Shown piece after piece: positions 11,196 through 22,313 of a stretch of DNA of 64,000 nt (its first letter is position 1; each line of letters begins with the position of its first letter). The notes under the pieces are model-generated. The model had not been told where the DNA came from, did no database searches, and worked only from the letters and a program-made list of their open reading frames with translations. The DNA is taken from the NCBI GenBank assembly GCA_038749815.1, contig JBCDHQ010000001.1, positions 2,925 to 66,924 of the forward strand. Reading direction: 5' to 3'. The stretch comes from Pseudomonadota bacterium. Lineage in GTDB: Bacteria; Pseudomonadota; Alphaproteobacteria; Rhodobacterales; Rhodobacteraceae. Position numbers and translations under genes: made by a program.

Positions 11196-13154
11196 ATGTC
11201 GTTCATCCTCAATCGTCGCGGTTTCCTTGCCGGGTCAGCGAGCCTCGTCGCGTTGCACCCGTTCTCAGCACTCGCTGCGGCCAATCAGGCGCATCTCCGC
11301 ATCATGGAGACGACGGACCTGCATGTGCACATCTGGCCCTATGACTACTATGCCGACCGCGAGCGCGACACGATGGGCCTGGCCCGCACCGCCTCGATTG
11401 TCGGCGAGATCCGGGCCGAGGCCACAAACTCCGTGCTCTACGACAACGGGGACTTCCTGCAGGGCAACCCGATGGGCGACTACATGGCCTATGAGCGCGG
11501 GATGAAAGAGGGGGACATGCACCCGATCATCACCGCCTTGAACGCGCTTGGTTTTGACGCCGCAACCCTCGGTAATCATGAGTTCAACTACGGGCTCGAC
11601 TTTCTGATGACGTCGCTCGCAGGCGCGGACTTCCCGGTGATCTCAGCCAATGTGGCCAAGGAGCTCGGCGCGGATCCGACCGGCGACACCACTTTGGTGC
11701 CGCCCTATGTGCTCATGGACAAGGAGATCACCGACGGCGCCGGCGAGACCCACATGATCAAGATCGGGCTGATCGGCTTTGTGCCGCCTCAGATCATGAA
11801 CTGGGACCGCCGACATCTTGAGGGGAACGTCCACGCACGCGACATCATCGAGAGCGCGACGGCCTATGTGCCCGTGATGAAGGAGCAGGGCGCAGACATC
11901 ATCATCGCGCTCAGCCATTCGGGCATCGCGGAGGCCAATCACACCGAATTCATGGGCAACGCGGCCGTGCCGCTCGCAGCAATCGAGGGGATCGACGCCG
12001 TTCTGTCCGGCCACCACCACAACGTGTTTCCGTCATCCACCTATGAGGCGATGCCCGCAGTCGACGTGGCCGCTGGCACACTCCACGGCAAGCCCGCCGT
12101 CATGGGCGGCTTTTGGGGCTCACATCTCGGCGTGATTGACCTGATGCTCGAGACCTCGGGCGGCGAATGGCGGGTGGTCAGCCACACCTCCGAAGCGCGT
12201 CCGATCTCCCGGCGGAACGAGGACCGCTCGATCACTCCGCTGGTCGAGAGTGACCAGGCCGTGCTCGACAGCGTGGCCGATGTGCACGAGGCGACGCTGG
12301 CCTATGTGCGGCGCGCGGTCGGCAAGACCGCAGCGCCGCTGCACAGCTACTTCGCATTGGTGGCCGATGACCCGTCGGTTCAGATCGTCTCCAAGGCGCA
12401 AAGCTGGTATGTGGCCGAGATGCTGGCGGGGACGGAGTTTGCAGACCTCCCCCTGCTGTCGGCCGCGGCGCCGTTCAAGGCCGGAGGTCGGGGCGGCCCC
12501 GAGTACTACACCGACGTCCCAGTGGGCGATGTGGCGATCAAAAACGTGGCCGATCTCTACCTCTACCCCAACACGGTTCGGGCCGTGAAAGTCACCGGGC
12601 AACAGGTCAAGGACTGGCTTGAGCGCTCCGCGGGCATGTTCAACCAGGTGGAGCCCGGCAAAGCGGATCAGATCCTGCTCAACCCGGATTTCCCGTCCTA
12701 CAATTTTGACGTGATCGACGGGGTTCAATATCAGATCGATCTCAGCCAGCCATCGAAGTTCAATTCGGACGGGGAGCTCACCAATCCGGAGGCCAGTCGG
12801 ATTGTGAACCTCACATATGACGGCGCGCCGCTCGACATGGACGCTGAGTTCGTGATCGCGACCAACAACTATCGCGCGGGTGGCGGCGGCAACTTCCCGG
12901 GCGCGGATGGGTCCACGACGATCTTCGAGGCGCCGGACACGAACCGCGACGTGATCGTGCGCTACATCGTCGAGCAGGGCACGATCAACCCGACGGCAGA
13001 CGACAATTGGTCCTTCAAGTCTCTGCCCGGCACGTCCGTGCTGTTCGACACAGGCCCTGCGGGCGTCAGCTTGGTCGATGACGTCAAAGGGGTGGCCATC
13101 GAGCCCGCCGGCGAAGGCGCCGATGGGTTTGCGCGCTACCGCATTGGGCTCTGA
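11196..13154 (+). CDS. cpdB: 2',3'-cyclic-nucleotide 2'-phosphodiesterase/3'-nucleotidase, Tat-exported
   Basis: Tat motif NRRGFL; [36 protein letters not shown] and ADLYLYPNT motifs; GGAGG RBS. Confidence 0.95.
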   Translation: MSFILNRRGFLAGSASLVALHPFSALAAANQAHLRIMETTDLHVHIWPYDYYADRERDTMGLARTASIVGEIRAEATNSVLYDNGDFLQGNPMGDYMAYERGMKEGDMHPIITALNALGFDAATLGNHEFNYGLDFLMTSLAGADFPVISANVAKELGADPTGDTTLVPPYVLMDKEITDGAGETHMIKIGLIGFVPPQIMNWDRRHLEGNVHARDIIESATAYVPVMKEQGADIIIALSHSGIAEANHTEFMGNAAVPLAAIEGIDAVLSGHHHNVFPSSTYEAMPAVDVAAGTLHGKPAVMGGFWGSHLGVIDLMLETSGGEWRVVSHTSEARPISRRNEDRSITPLVESDQAVLDSVADVHEATLAYVRRAVGKTAAPLHSYFALVADDPSVQIVSKAQSWYVAEMLAGTEFADLPLLSAAAPFKAGGRGGPEYYTDVPVGDVAIKNVADLYLYPNTVRAVKVTGQQVKDWLERSAGMFNQVEPGKADQILLNPDFPSYNFDVIDGVQYQIDLSQPSKFNSDGELTNPEASRIVNLTYDGAPLDMDAEFVIATNNYRAGGGGNFPGADGSTTIFEAPDTNRDVIVRYIVEQGTINPTADDNWSFKSLPGTSVLFDTGPAGVSLVDDVKGVAIEPAGEGADGFARYRIGL

Positions 13155-13189
13155 TGCAACGCCGACCGAGGGGGGCTCCCGCGTCATGG

Positions 13190-13475
13190 GGGCATCCTCG
13201 CGGCGTTGCGCGCGGTCATCGATGAGCTGACGCGGCACCGGCAGTCCTGGCTGACCTCATGATCAGGCAGGGCCCTCCCAATCACCTCCGATCCGACACT
13301 GGATCGAACCGGCCGGAGCAAAATCAGTGTGCATTGGGCCGGGTTTACAATAGGAGCGTGAACGGATTTCTCCAGTGACCACAGGGAGGTCAAGGTCCTG
13401 ATCGAGCGATCGCGACGGCCTGTCGACGCGATCCGCCGCCACACCTCTCTCGACCATCAAGCGCCTGCTCGTTTC
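13190..13475 (+). mobile_element. Eroded IS3-family OrfB C-terminal relic
   Basis: Fragments LADLMIRQGPPNHLRSDT, WIEPAGAKSVCIGPG and [29 protein letters not shown] resemble the IS3 OrfB end, across frameshifts. Confidence 0.6.
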
Positions 13476-13495
13476 GTTGCCGCCACGATCCTGCC

Positions 13496-14401
13496 CTATG
13501 CCGTCGGCGCAGGAAGGTCCTCGACAAACCGGTCGAGCAGCCACTTGCCTGCAGGCCCGAGTGTCCGATCCGCCCTCTGCGCGACATAGACCGGTATGTC
13601 TTTGGCGTTCACATCGTCCCGCGCGATCTCGATCTCAACGAGGCGTCCCGCGGCGACGTAGGGGGCAACGATATGGTCGGGCATGCGGCACCATCCGAAC
13701 CCGGCCAGAAGGAAATCGAGGCGGCGCGTCAGGTCCACAAACCGCCAATGCTGCGTGCCCAGCACTCCGAACCCCGGCCTCCCACTGTCATTGGGATCGG
13801 CAAGGATCAGTTGCGTGTGGGGGAGGAGATCGGTCTCCGTCAGAGGACGGTTGAGGGCGCTCAAAGGATGGTCTGGGGCCACGACGGCCCGCATCGACAT
13901 GCGCATGATCGGATGGGCAACAACATCGGCGGGCACGTCCGGGATGAGAAGACAGACGGCGAGCGACACCGTGTCCTCGCGCAATCGGCGCAGGGCGCCG
14001 CCCAATCCTTCGGTCGAAAAGGAAACCGGCAGGTCTGGATATGTCCGCCGCAGGTCCTTGAGCGCCTCCATCAAGCGCGGGCTTGGAACAAGCGGATCGA
14101 TGGCAAGCGCCAACTCCGGTTCCAGCCCGGACCGCATCCCAGCCGCGACCGCTTCGAACTGGTTGGCGGCGGCCACGACGGCGCGGGCCCGGGTGATCAG
14201 CACGCGCCCACTCTCCGTTGGCGTTGGTCGGTATGCGGAGCGATCGAAAAGCGTCACGCCCTGGATCCCCTCCAGGTTGGCGATGGTCTGACTGACGACG
14301 GACTGGGACCGACCGAGCGCCCGCGCCGCGGCCGAGAAGCTGCCTTCCTCCGCAACCGAGACGAGCACGCGCAACTGGTCCAGGGTCAGCGAACCGATCA
14401 A
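13496..14401 (-). CDS. LysR family transcriptional regulator
   Basis: [43 protein letters not shown] plus substrate-binding domain. Confidence 0.93.
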   Translation of the reverse strand: MIGSLTLDQLRVLVSVAEEGSFSAAARALGRSQSVVSQTIANLEGIQGVTLFDRSAYRPTPTESGRVLITRARAVVAAANQFEAVAAGMRSGLEPELALAIDPLVPSPRLMEALKDLRRTYPDLPVSFSTEGLGGALRRLREDTVSLAVCLLIPDVPADVVAHPIMRMSMRAVVAPDHPLSALNRPLTETDLLPHTQLILADPNDSGRPGFGVLGTQHWRFVDLTRRLDFLLAGFGWCRMPDHIVAPYVAAGRLVEIEIARDDVNAKDIPVYVAQRADRTLGPAGKWLLDRFVEDLPAPTA

Positions 14402-14500
14402 AGAGTATCGCTTTCTCAGATCAAGATTATCAGATTTTCATCGCTATTCCAGTTGGAGCGACGTGTCTACAGGTTCGGAAACATCAAAAGGACCGACCAG

Positions 14501-15133
14501 ATGCCAAAACTCCTCGTCGTTGACGCCAGCCCGAGAGGCGATGCCTCGATTTCTCGCACCATGACCAAGCGGTTCCAGACCGCGTGGCAGCGCGCGCATC
14601 CCGCTGGCACTGTCGTCACCCGCGATCTCGCTCACACCGATCTGCAGTTTCTGACCGGTCCCTGGCTCGGCGCCTACTTCACTCCGCCCGAGCAGCAGAC
14701 GCAGGAGATGAGGAGCTTGTTGAGCCTCTCGGACACGCTGGTGGCCGAGCTGCTCGACGCGGACGACATCGCCATCGGCACGCCGGTTCACAACTTCAAC
14801 GTCCCCGCGAACCTCAAAGCATGGATCGACCACAGTGTGCGCAAGGGCATCACGCTCGGGATGGATGGGACGGGCATGCTGCGGGGCAAGCGCGCCACTG
14901 TGCTGCTTGCATCGGGTGGGGTCTACACCGCAGGCTCGCCCATCGCGGATCGGGACATCGCACCGCAGTACCTCCGCCTGATCCTCAAGGTGATCGGGAT
15001 CGAAGACGTCACAATCGTCGCCGGAGGCGGTGCGAAGGCCGTCGATTTGGGGCAGACGACGATGGCCGATTTCGTGGGCACCCTGGCCGATCAAATCGAC
15101 CAGGCGGCCGCCCCGCGCAACGCGGTTGCCTGA
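14501..15133 (+). CDS. azoR: FMN-dependent NADH-azoreductase / NAD(P)H:quinone oxidoreductase
   Basis: [35 protein letters not shown] and ASGGVY motifs; divergent from LysR. Confidence 0.9.
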   Translation: MPKLLVVDASPRGDASISRTMTKRFQTAWQRAHPAGTVVTRDLAHTDLQFLTGPWLGAYFTPPEQQTQEMRSLLSLSDTLVAELLDADDIAIGTPVHNFNVPANLKAWIDHSVRKGITLGMDGTGMLRGKRATVLLASGGVYTAGSPIADRDIAPQYLRLILKVIGIEDVTIVAGGGAKAVDLGQTTMADFVGTLADQIDQAAAPRNAVA

Positions 15134-15199
15134 TGCCCGACCGCGGCACTTCGGGGCTTCATGCGCCGCAAGGAACAAGGATCGGCCAGTTGCATTCGC

Positions 15200-15420
15200 G
15201 CGTGGCAGATCCACTGCGTTCGACCTCCAGGCGCGCATCCGCACTATGGCTGCTTTCCTGGGCGCCGAGCTGCGCGACAAGTCGGGCTCGACCCACCACC
15301 ACCACATTGGACTGAACACGTGGCAGTCTCGTGCTAGGTCGGAACAGGCCCCGCGGCACACCGGTCTGCACCATTCCGCCACTCTCAACCCGGATCGCCG
15401 GTCCCGCCGATCACGTCGCC
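15200..15420 (+). pseudogene. Fragment of a VOC-family (CatE-like catechol 2,3-dioxygenase/glyoxalase) gene
   Basis: AAFLGA...HHHIGLNTWQSRA...P..HTGLHH motif present, but no intact start or end. Confidence 0.65.
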
Positions 15421-15563
15421 ACCGCGGGTGTCGCGCCGACCGGTGCGGCCTGGTACCCAACTGGTGTCAAGCGGTGCCGCGACCGCCCTCTTGAGAAATA
15501 GGCTTAGGGCCGTTCGTCATGAATCAGCGACCCCTGGATCTGGCCAACCGGAGCAGAATGCAC

Positions 15564-15971
15564 ATGTCACTCAGAACCGAGATTGAGGCTTTCTTTGCCG
15601 CCTATGTCGCCGCATTCAAGGACGTCGATGCGAGCGCAATCGCCGATCTTTGGGAGCCCGTGGGTCTGTTCCCATCGCCAACCGGCAACTTTGCCGTGGA
15701 ACGCGATGCGCTTCGCGACCACTGCGAGCGACTTCTCGATTTCTATCGGAAACAAGGCGTTGTAACCCCCTCCGGTGCTTTGCTGTCAGTGGAGGAGCTG
15801 TTTCCAAACGTTGCGCAGGCCCGCATGGCCTATCGCATGCTGGGCCGCAACGACCACGTCGTCGCGCACTGGGAGCATGTCTACATCCTTCGAAAAGACG
15901 CCCGCTGGCGCATCTCATTGACCATTGCCGACGGCGAAGTGGCAGCCTGGACAGCTCTTGGCGCGATGTAA
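15564..15971 (+). CDS. NTF2/SnoaL-like small protein
   Basis: IEAFFAAYVAAFKDVDASAIADLW...YILRKDARWRI pattern typical of the NTF2 fold. Confidence 0.75.
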   Translation: MSLRTEIEAFFAAYVAAFKDVDASAIADLWEPVGLFPSPTGNFAVERDALRDHCERLLDFYRKQGVVTPSGALLSVEELFPNVAQARMAYRMLGRNDHVVAHWEHVYILRKDARWRISLTIADGEVAAWTALGAM

Positions 15972-16381
15972 GCCCGGAGGCCGATCATCCGCAAACGCCG
16001 CCTCTGACCCCAGCGTCGCCTATGCTGCTCATTGTTGGGGACCTCGAGGCTGCTGAGCCTTGCTCTCCTTGCACACTGTGGTGACGCGTCTGCTTTGCAG
16101 AACCATTGACGTTTGTCCTCGGTTGCAACGCGTCGACCCTGGGGCATGGAGGCCGCGGACGCATGGCGGGGAACCGGCTTCCTGAGCCGACCTTTGGTGC
16201 GCAGATCGCAGAAATCAGCGGGACGATCGACGTGACAAAGCGGGCCATTCGTGCGGCGTGCCCCCACTCATAGGGCTGAGCCTCGGTCCGCGAGCGACGC
16301 GTGGTGTCCTGGTGCCATGCACGACGGCGGTCTGCATGATGGAGCCGGCGCGTGCGGCCTGGCACCGGGAGTGCCCCAACG

Positions 16382-17095
16382 TCAGCCGACGAAACCTCCG
16401 ACGAGCGAACCGGCGGCAAAGGTAGCAGCCATGGCGACCGCCCCCCAGAGCACCGTCCGGACCATGGCTGGCGCCAGCGGTGCGCCTCCTGTCCAGGCCC
16501 CGAGCGCGCCGAGGACGAGAAGTGCCGCCAATGTCGCCACAAGGACGCTTGCCACAATGATCCCGGCAGGGGCAAACAGCGCGGCGGCCAAAGGGAGAAG
16601 GGCGGCGCAGGCGAAAGCCGATCCGGACGCAAGGGCGGCGCGCCTCGGACTTGCGGAATGCAGATCCAAAAGACCGACCTCGTCGCGGAGATGTGCCTCA
16701 AGCCCACCGTTCTCCGTCAGTTCGTGCGCGACCTGATCGGCCGTCGACGCGCTCAAGCCGCGGGCGCGCCAGATCGCGGCCATCTCCCTGATCTCGCCCA
16801 TCGGATCCTCTTCGAGCGCGCGCCGTTCGCGTTCAATCTCCGCGCGCTCGATGTCTGCCTGCGAGGACACCGAGATGTACTCGCTGGCCGCGATCGACAT
16901 CGCCCCGGCCACGACACCTGCAACGCCGGTGGCCAGAACGATGTCCGATGTCGACACCGCCGCCGCGACGCCGATCAGCAGGGATGAGATCGACACAATG
17001 CCATCCGTGGCCCCCAGCACAGCGGCGCGCAGCCAGTGGCTGCGCCCCAGGCGATGCGGATCGTCGGGATGTGTTGCTGCGAATGTCTCGGTCAT
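16382..17095 (-). CDS. VIT1/CCC1 family Fe/Mn transporter
   Basis: WLRAAVLGATDGIVSISSLLIGVAAA...AGAMSIAASEYISVSSQAD signature. Confidence 0.92.
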   Translation of the reverse strand: MTETFAATHPDDPHRLGRSHWLRAAVLGATDGIVSISSLLIGVAAAVSTSDIVLATGVAGVVAGAMSIAASEYISVSSQADIERAEIERERRALEEDPMGEIREMAAIWRARGLSASTADQVAHELTENGGLEAHLRDEVGLLDLHSASPRRAALASGSAFACAALLPLAAALFAPAGIIVASVLVATLAALLVLGALGAWTGGAPLAPAMVRTVLWGAVAMAATFAAGSLVGGFVG

Positions 17096-17618
17096 CGGGC
17101 GGCACTTGGCTGTCGGGGGCGTGCGAAATCTGTGGGCACGGCACCGACCTATCTCACCAAGGCGGACGTGACCAGCGTCCGACACGCGCGGGCGAGGTCG
17201 ACGCCCTCTCACCAATGGCTCGGCAGAGCGGCCCCGCACGGAACGACTTGGTCCTTGGGTGCTCGTGAGCGCGCCCGCCAGTCCGCCGAGCGTGTCTTCA
17301 TAGCAGATTGGCTGGCCCACCCGGCACGTTGCGTCGCCGCCGGCGTCAAGCACGTGGCAGAGCGCCACCTCGAATGGGGTCACCCGGCCCCCTCGAGAGC
17401 CCAGATGTCCAAGGGACGGCTCGCGTCGGCGGAGTCGAAGCGACAGGTGTGCGCCTGTTGCCATATGTCCAACGCGGGCCCTGCCGCATCATGGGTCAGT
17501 GCGGCACCAGGGTGGTACGGTCTCGCTCGACTGTGCGCGGTTCCGATGACACCGACGGCGTCGCGCTCGTGCCGGGACGCCGGGCGGTCGTGTGTCGCGC
17601 AAGGACCAACGCTCAGCG

Positions 17619-18596
17619 TCACCGAGGACCAGAGAGGTCACCAGGGTCGCGCGGACTCGCGGGGGCGCCTTGGTCCCCGAGCCAGCGCCCCGCGATGGGG
17701 CCGGCCGGTGGAGCGCCTGGTGCAACCGCGCCGACGTCGGACCGGCGGCGGCGCCGCCGCGTGGCGAGCGCGTCCAACACGGCGACGGCGACGAAAAGGA
17801 CACCGTAGAACACTGCCATCGCCGCGGAGGTGCCGGTGTTGAGGACATAGGCGATCCAAAAGCCCACAAATGCACCCGCGACGGCAAAAAGCGCCGTGAG
17901 GCCGATCATCACCGAGAGGCGTTTGCTGATCAGCTGCGCCGTCGCGGCCGGGACAACAAGGAGCGAGATCACCAGGATCGCGCCCACGGCCTTGAAGGCC
18001 GCGACGACCGTCATGGAGACGAGAAACATGAAGGCCGTGTTCAGACGCCGCGCCCGGAGGCCGAGCACCGCGGCAAACTCCCGGTCGAAGGTGGTGAGTT
18101 TCAGCTGTTTGTAGAACGCCGCGATGAAGGCCGCGTTCAGAACGAGCACACCCAGCATGGTGTAGAGGTATCGCGGCCCGATGTTGACGCCGTTCACGAT
18201 GAGGGCCGGGAACACCGCGAGGTTCAAATCCCCGACAAGGACAGCGTTGGTGTCCAGGTGGGCGTTCTGGAGATCCATGCTCACAAGGATGATACCGCCC
18301 GCAAACAAGGCGGGAAAAATAAGCCCTTGCGGCGCGTCGCCTGCCAGCAAGCCGGTGTCGGACAGCCACTCGTTGCCGAGCACGACGAGCAGCCCCGCGA
18401 GGGCCGCGCCCAGGATGAGGACGGGGCTGTCCAGATCGTGGGTCAGCCAGAACCCCACGATGATCCCCGGCAGAACGGCATGCGCAATTCCATCGACGAC
18501 CATAGAGGTCTTGCGCAGCACGACAAAGACGCCGGGAAGCGCGCAGGCCAATGCGGTGACGCACGCCAAAAGGACGACCCCGAGCACGTAGCTCAC
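17619..18596 (-). CDS. Mn/Zn/Fe ABC transporter permease (TroD/MntD-like)
   Basis: ABC-3 permease motifs DGIAHAVLPGI, HLDTNAVLVGDL, YKQLKLTTFD and VPAATA. Confidence 0.92.
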   Translation of the reverse strand: MSYVLGVVLLACVTALACALPGVFVVLRKTSMVVDGIAHAVLPGIIVGFWLTHDLDSPVLILGAALAGLLVVLGNEWLSDTGLLAGDAPQGLIFPALFAGGIILVSMDLQNAHLDTNAVLVGDLNLAVFPALIVNGVNIGPRYLYTMLGVLVLNAAFIAAFYKQLKLTTFDREFAAVLGLRARRLNTAFMFLVSMTVVAAFKAVGAILVISLLVVPAATAQLISKRLSVMIGLTALFAVAGAFVGFWIAYVLNTGTSAAMAVFYGVLFVAVAVLDALATRRRRRRSDVGAVAPGAPPAGPIAGRWLGDQGAPASPRDPGDLSGPR

Positions 18597-19528
18597 CGGG
18601 GGCTCCCCCCGGCATTGAACTCACGCAACAGCGCCCTCCGCGCCCGGACCCGGCGCAGGGCCGTGACAATGATGCTGCGCTTCGGCGAGGCCAGCAACGA
18701 CACCAGGAAGATCGCAAACAGCACAAGGCAGATCACCGGCCCCGTGGGCACAGTGCCGAGCGAAATCGAGAGATAGGCCCCAATACCACTGCCGAGCCCG
18801 CCGAACACGGCCGACAGCATGACCATGTGGGGCAACCTGTCGGTCCATTGCCGGGCCGCGGCGGGCGGGGTCACGACAAAGGCCACCATCAGCACGAAGC
18901 CCACCGCCTTCATGCCGATCACGATGGCGATGACGATGGTCGCGAACATCAGCGTGTCGATGATCCAGGCCCGAAACCCGAGCATGGTCGAGAGCACCGG
19001 ATCGAAGGTCCGGAGCGTGAATTCCTTCCAGAAGACAAGCATCAGGACCAAAGCGAGGGCCCCGACCGCGACACTGGTCGTCAGATCCGCCTGCGTGATG
19101 CTCGCGGCATTGCCGAAGAGGTAGTCAGAGATGCCGCCTTTGCCGGGGTACGGGCCGTTTGAGATGATCCGCAGCAAAACCATGCCCAAGCCGAAAAAAG
19201 TCGTCAGCGAGATCGCCATCGCGGTGTCGATCGCGATCTTGGTGCGCCCTGCGACGACATTCGCAAAGAGCGCAGCGAGCGTCCCGGTGACGGCGGCGCC
19301 CACAATCAAGAGGGCCATGCTGCGGCCATTCACGCCGAGAACAACGACCGCCGTCAGGAACGCCAGGAGCGCGCCGGGCAGCGCGGCATGGCCAATGACG
19401 TCACTGATGAGGGACTGCTTGCGCAAATAGGCGAATGCCCCGAGCGCGCCCGCCACCACTCCGATGACCGTCGTTCCAAAAAACACCATCCGAAAGATGT
19501 GATTGCCGAAGAACTCTATCGGGTCCAC
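18593..19528 (-). CDS. Mn/Zn/Fe ABC transporter permease (TroC/MntC-like)
   Basis: LRKQSLISDVIGHAALPG, DYLFGNAASI, WKEFTLRTFDP and PPAAARQW motifs. Confidence 0.92.
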   Translation of the reverse strand: MDPIEFFGNHIFRMVFFGTTVIGVVAGALGAFAYLRKQSLISDVIGHAALPGALLAFLTAVVVLGVNGRSMALLIVGAAVTGTLAALFANVVAGRTKIAIDTAMAISLTTFFGLGMVLLRIISNGPYPGKGGISDYLFGNAASITQADLTTSVAVGALALVLMLVFWKEFTLRTFDPVLSTMLGFRAWIIDTLMFATIVIAIVIGMKAVGFVLMVAFVVTPPAAARQWTDRLPHMVMLSAVFGGLGSGIGAYLSISLGTVPTGPVICLVLFAIFLVSLLASPKRSIIVTALRRVRARRALLREFNAGGSPR

Positions 19529-19536
19529 GGGCCGGG

Positions 19537-20280
19537 CTACTCGGCCGCGGCCAGGAACGCCTCGGCGCCATCGCCGGCATCATACGTGGCGCGGATGTTC
19601 TCCTTGGTAAAGACCGCCTCGCCCGGTCCAATCGCGACGACGCTCTTGTTCAGAAGCGTGACGTGGTCGCAAAACTCCAGAACGCTGCCAAGATGGTGAT
19701 GCACGACCACAACGGTTTTGCCCGCCGCGCTCAGGTCTCTCAGGACCTCGATCATGGCCTGCTGGCTTTTGGCGTCGATGCCTTGGAAGGGCTCGTCCAT
19801 CAAGTAGAGATCGGGCGCCTGCACGAGCGCGCGGGCCAGAAACGCGCGTTGACGCTGCCCGCCGGAGAGTTCGCCGATCTGCCGGTTCGCGACATCCTGC
19901 ATGCCGGTCTGTTCCAGCGCCGCCAGGGCGCGTGCGCGCTCGGACGTGCCGGGGCGGCGGAGCCAGCCAAGCCGCCCGTAAGTGCCCATGACAGCCAGAT
20001 CGATGACGGTGATCGGAAAGTCCCAGTCCACGCTGGCAGACTGGGGCATGTACCCCACACGGTTCCGAACCGCGTCGAGGGACTGTCCAAAGAACGCCGT
20101 CGTGCCGGCGAGCGGCGTTACGAGGCCGAGCATGGCCTTGATCAGCGTAGACTTACCGGCGCCGTTCGGGCCGACGATGCCCATCACGCTGCCTGTCGGG
20201 ACCCAGAAATCCACGTGCCGCAAAACCGGGTCGTCGCGATACGCGACCGAGAGATTGCGGCTTTCGCAGGCGATGGACAT
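19537..20280 (-). CDS. Mn/Zn/Fe ABC transporter ATP-binding protein (TroB/MntB-like)
   Basis: Walker A GPNGAGKST, VDWDFP, LSGGQRQR, DEPF. Confidence 0.95.
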   Translation of the reverse strand: MSIACESRNLSVAYRDDPVLRHVDFWVPTGSVMGIVGPNGAGKSTLIKAMLGLVTPLAGTTAFFGQSLDAVRNRVGYMPQSASVDWDFPITVIDLAVMGTYGRLGWLRRPGTSERARALAALEQTGMQDVANRQIGELSGGQRQRAFLARALVQAPDLYLMDEPFQGIDAKSQQAMIEVLRDLSAAGKTVVVVHHHLGSVLEFCDHVTLLNKSVVAIGPGEAVFTKENIRATYDAGDGAEAFLAAAE

Positions 20281-20285
20281 TGCGA

Positions 20286-21185
20286 TCAGCTTCCCTCGCC
20301 AAGCGCACCCGAGACGGCTCGGACGTTGTGCAGGAACACCTCGATGTACTCATCCACGTCCTCGTCCGCACCCAGGGAATCCGCGAAGAGCTCGTTGCCC
20401 GAAATCTCCACGTCCCAGCCAAGCGACTGAACGGCCTCCTGAAGGCTCACAATGGCCTGCGGGTTGGCCTGGTTGTCCTGGAAGATGACCGGGATCTTGT
20501 TGTCGGCGATGAACTGCGCCAGCTCGGCCAGTTGCGCCGGGCTCATCTCCGATTCGGTCGAGACGAAATCGGTCGCCATCACCTCGAGGCCGAAGATATC
20601 CCCGAAATACCCGAATGCGTCGTGCCCCGTGATCAGGACGCTGCCATCGGGGACGGAGGCCATCATCTCCGTGGCCTGCGTGTCGGCGGCCCGGATCTCG
20701 GCGATGTGGGCCTTGGCGTTGGCCACGTAGGCCTCGGCATTCTCCGGGTCGATCCTGGCCAGATGATCGGCGACTTCGCCAACGATTGCCGACCAGGCCA
20801 CGGGGCTGTTCCACACATGCGGATCGTTCAAATCGTCTTCCCAAGGCAGCAGCATGGCCGCGGGCAGCGTTTCCGCCGTGGCGAGCGCCTTGTCCCCGAG
20901 ACCGATCAGCAGGTCTTCCATCCGGGCCTCCAGAAACAGGCCGTTCCAGACGACAGCGTCTGCGGCCTGGATCGTCTGAATGTCCTGGGTCGAGGGCTGG
21001 TAGGTGTGCGGGTCGCCGCCCGGCCCGACCATCGTGATGACCTCGGCTTCGGGCGCGATCTTTGAGACCGCGTCGCCCAGATAGCCGGTCGTTGCATAGA
21101 CCGTGATGTCGGCCTGCGCGGACGTCGCGGACAGCACTGTCGCCAGCGCACTGGCAATGAGCAGACGTCCGTTGGTCAGTTGCAT
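20286..21185 (-). CDS. Mn/Zn/Fe ABC transporter substrate-binding protein (TroA/MntA-like)
   Basis: Signal peptide; metal ligand motifs DPHTY, DPHVW, TGHDAFGYF and LFADS; GAGGAG RBS before the ATG at 21185. Confidence 0.93.
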   Translation of the reverse strand: MQLTNGRLLIASALATVLSATSAQADITVYATTGYLGDAVSKIAPEAEVITMVGPGGDPHTYQPSTQDIQTIQAADAVVWNGLFLEARMEDLLIGLGDKALATAETLPAAMLLPWEDDLNDPHVWNSPVAWSAIVGEVADHLARIDPENAEAYVANAKAHIAEIRAADTQATEMMASVPDGSVLITGHDAFGYFGDIFGLEVMATDFVSTESEMSPAQLAELAQFIADNKIPVIFQDNQANPQAIVSLQEAVQSLGWDVEISGNELFADSLGADEDVDEYIEVFLHNVRAVSGALGEGS

Positions 21186-21255
21186 GTCTGGGCTCCTCTT
21201 CTCTGTCTCGACCGCGAGTCGCCTGCAGCAGGCGTCACCGAATGCCACTTGATAC

Positions 21256-21298
21256 TGCGACGCGGTCGCAAGGTCAATGCAATTGAGAACCATTCGCA
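21256..21298. promoter_or_regulatory. Two tandem 15-bp Mur/Fur-like operators upstream of the metal ABC operon
   Basis: TGCGAC-GCG-GTCGCA (21256-21270, perfect 6-bp arms) and TGAGAA-CCA-TTCGCA (21284-21298), resembling alphaproteobacterial Fur-family boxes. Confidence 0.65.
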
Positions 21299-21299
21299 A

Positions 21300-22070
21300 A
21301 ATCCCTGAGTTAGAGATCTGTCCCGACCGCCAGACCGTTCGAGACCTGATCCGCCGCCTTCAGTCGCAGCCAAACTGCGTGAATAACCGGCTCGTTGGTG
21401 GGGAGACAGCGCTGGCCGCCAAGCGCTCAGGCCAGCCATCTCCTGCCGATGGCGAGCCATTCGCGCGCCACTGGTTCAACCGCACTGGCAAGCCCATTTT
21501 CCGGCGGCGAGCTCCATGAACGGTGCCTTGTCGAGCTTACGAGGTGTGCGGCCTCCACGTCCGCGATGCAGAGGCCGACATGGCACGTCTTTCTGCCCCG
21601 ACTGGCCGTCATGCTGTCAATCCGCGGGCGCGCGCGGCGTTCGCCCGTGGCCCCGCACAGATGGCGACACGATGGATCACCGCCTCGGGATCGCAGCTCC
21701 GCGAAGGCGGTGCGATCAGCGGTCCTTTCCACGGAGCGCCCGACGAGGGCCATGCCGTCGAGCGTCAACCCGCGCAGCTGGCTGCGTGTCGGACGATCGA
21801 GCATGTGGTCTCCTCTTCGGAAGCATCCGGCGCCGCACGCACACCTTCGGTCCGGCGTGGGAGACTGCCGACCCCTCCGCGGCCATCTCGGGCCAGGGGC
21901 GATACAGTGCAAGCCGCGGCGCTCGCACCAGTGGTGCGCGGCGAGCACTGGAGAATGGGGTTGACCGAGCTCTAAAGGGTCTCGAGTGCCATCGCGGCCG
22001 TGCGGCTCCGCTCCCGCGAGTGATCGACCGAGGCAGCCAGCGCACAGTGCCGCCGCCGCGCTTCCATCAT
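21300..22070 (-). mobile_element. Eroded IS21-family relic (istA 3' end plus istB 5' part)
   Basis: MLDRPTRSQLRGLTLDGMA, CHVGLCIADVE, PRKLDKAPFMELAAGKW and RWLA*ALG fragments resemble the IstB N-terminus, across frameshifts. Confidence 0.7.
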
Positions 22071-22150
22071 GTGTGTCGACCTATGGCACGACCTCCGGGT
22101 CTGCCCGGTGCCGCGCCGCGTCGAGGGCGCCAGCACTGTCCAACACGGGC

Positions 22151-22179
22151 TTTGCTTCTGCCCCGGCCGCTGCTAATCT
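22151..22179 (+). promoter_or_regulatory. Putative sigma70 promoter of the ankyrin gene
   Basis: TTGCTT (22152-22157) and an extended -10 TGcTAATCT (22171-22179). Confidence 0.55.
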
Positions 22180-22185
22180 TGCCCC

Positions 22186-22313
22186 AGCGCGCCAGGGTGC
22201 TTCCGATCCGCGGGAAGGGCCTAGCCCATCTGGCTGCAGACGACACTCGACCTCTTCAGACCTTCTTTCAGGTCCGTGGGCGCGGATACCGGACAGCATG
22301 AAAGGAGGCCGAT
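22186..22313 (+). ncRNA. Putative structured cis-regulatory 5' leader with an SD-sequestering stem
   Basis: CCTTCTTTCA (22261-22270) pairs over 10 bp (one G-U) with TGAAAGGAGG (22299-22308). There is a competing hairpin GACCT/AGGTC and an upstream three-way junction. Confidence 0.55.
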
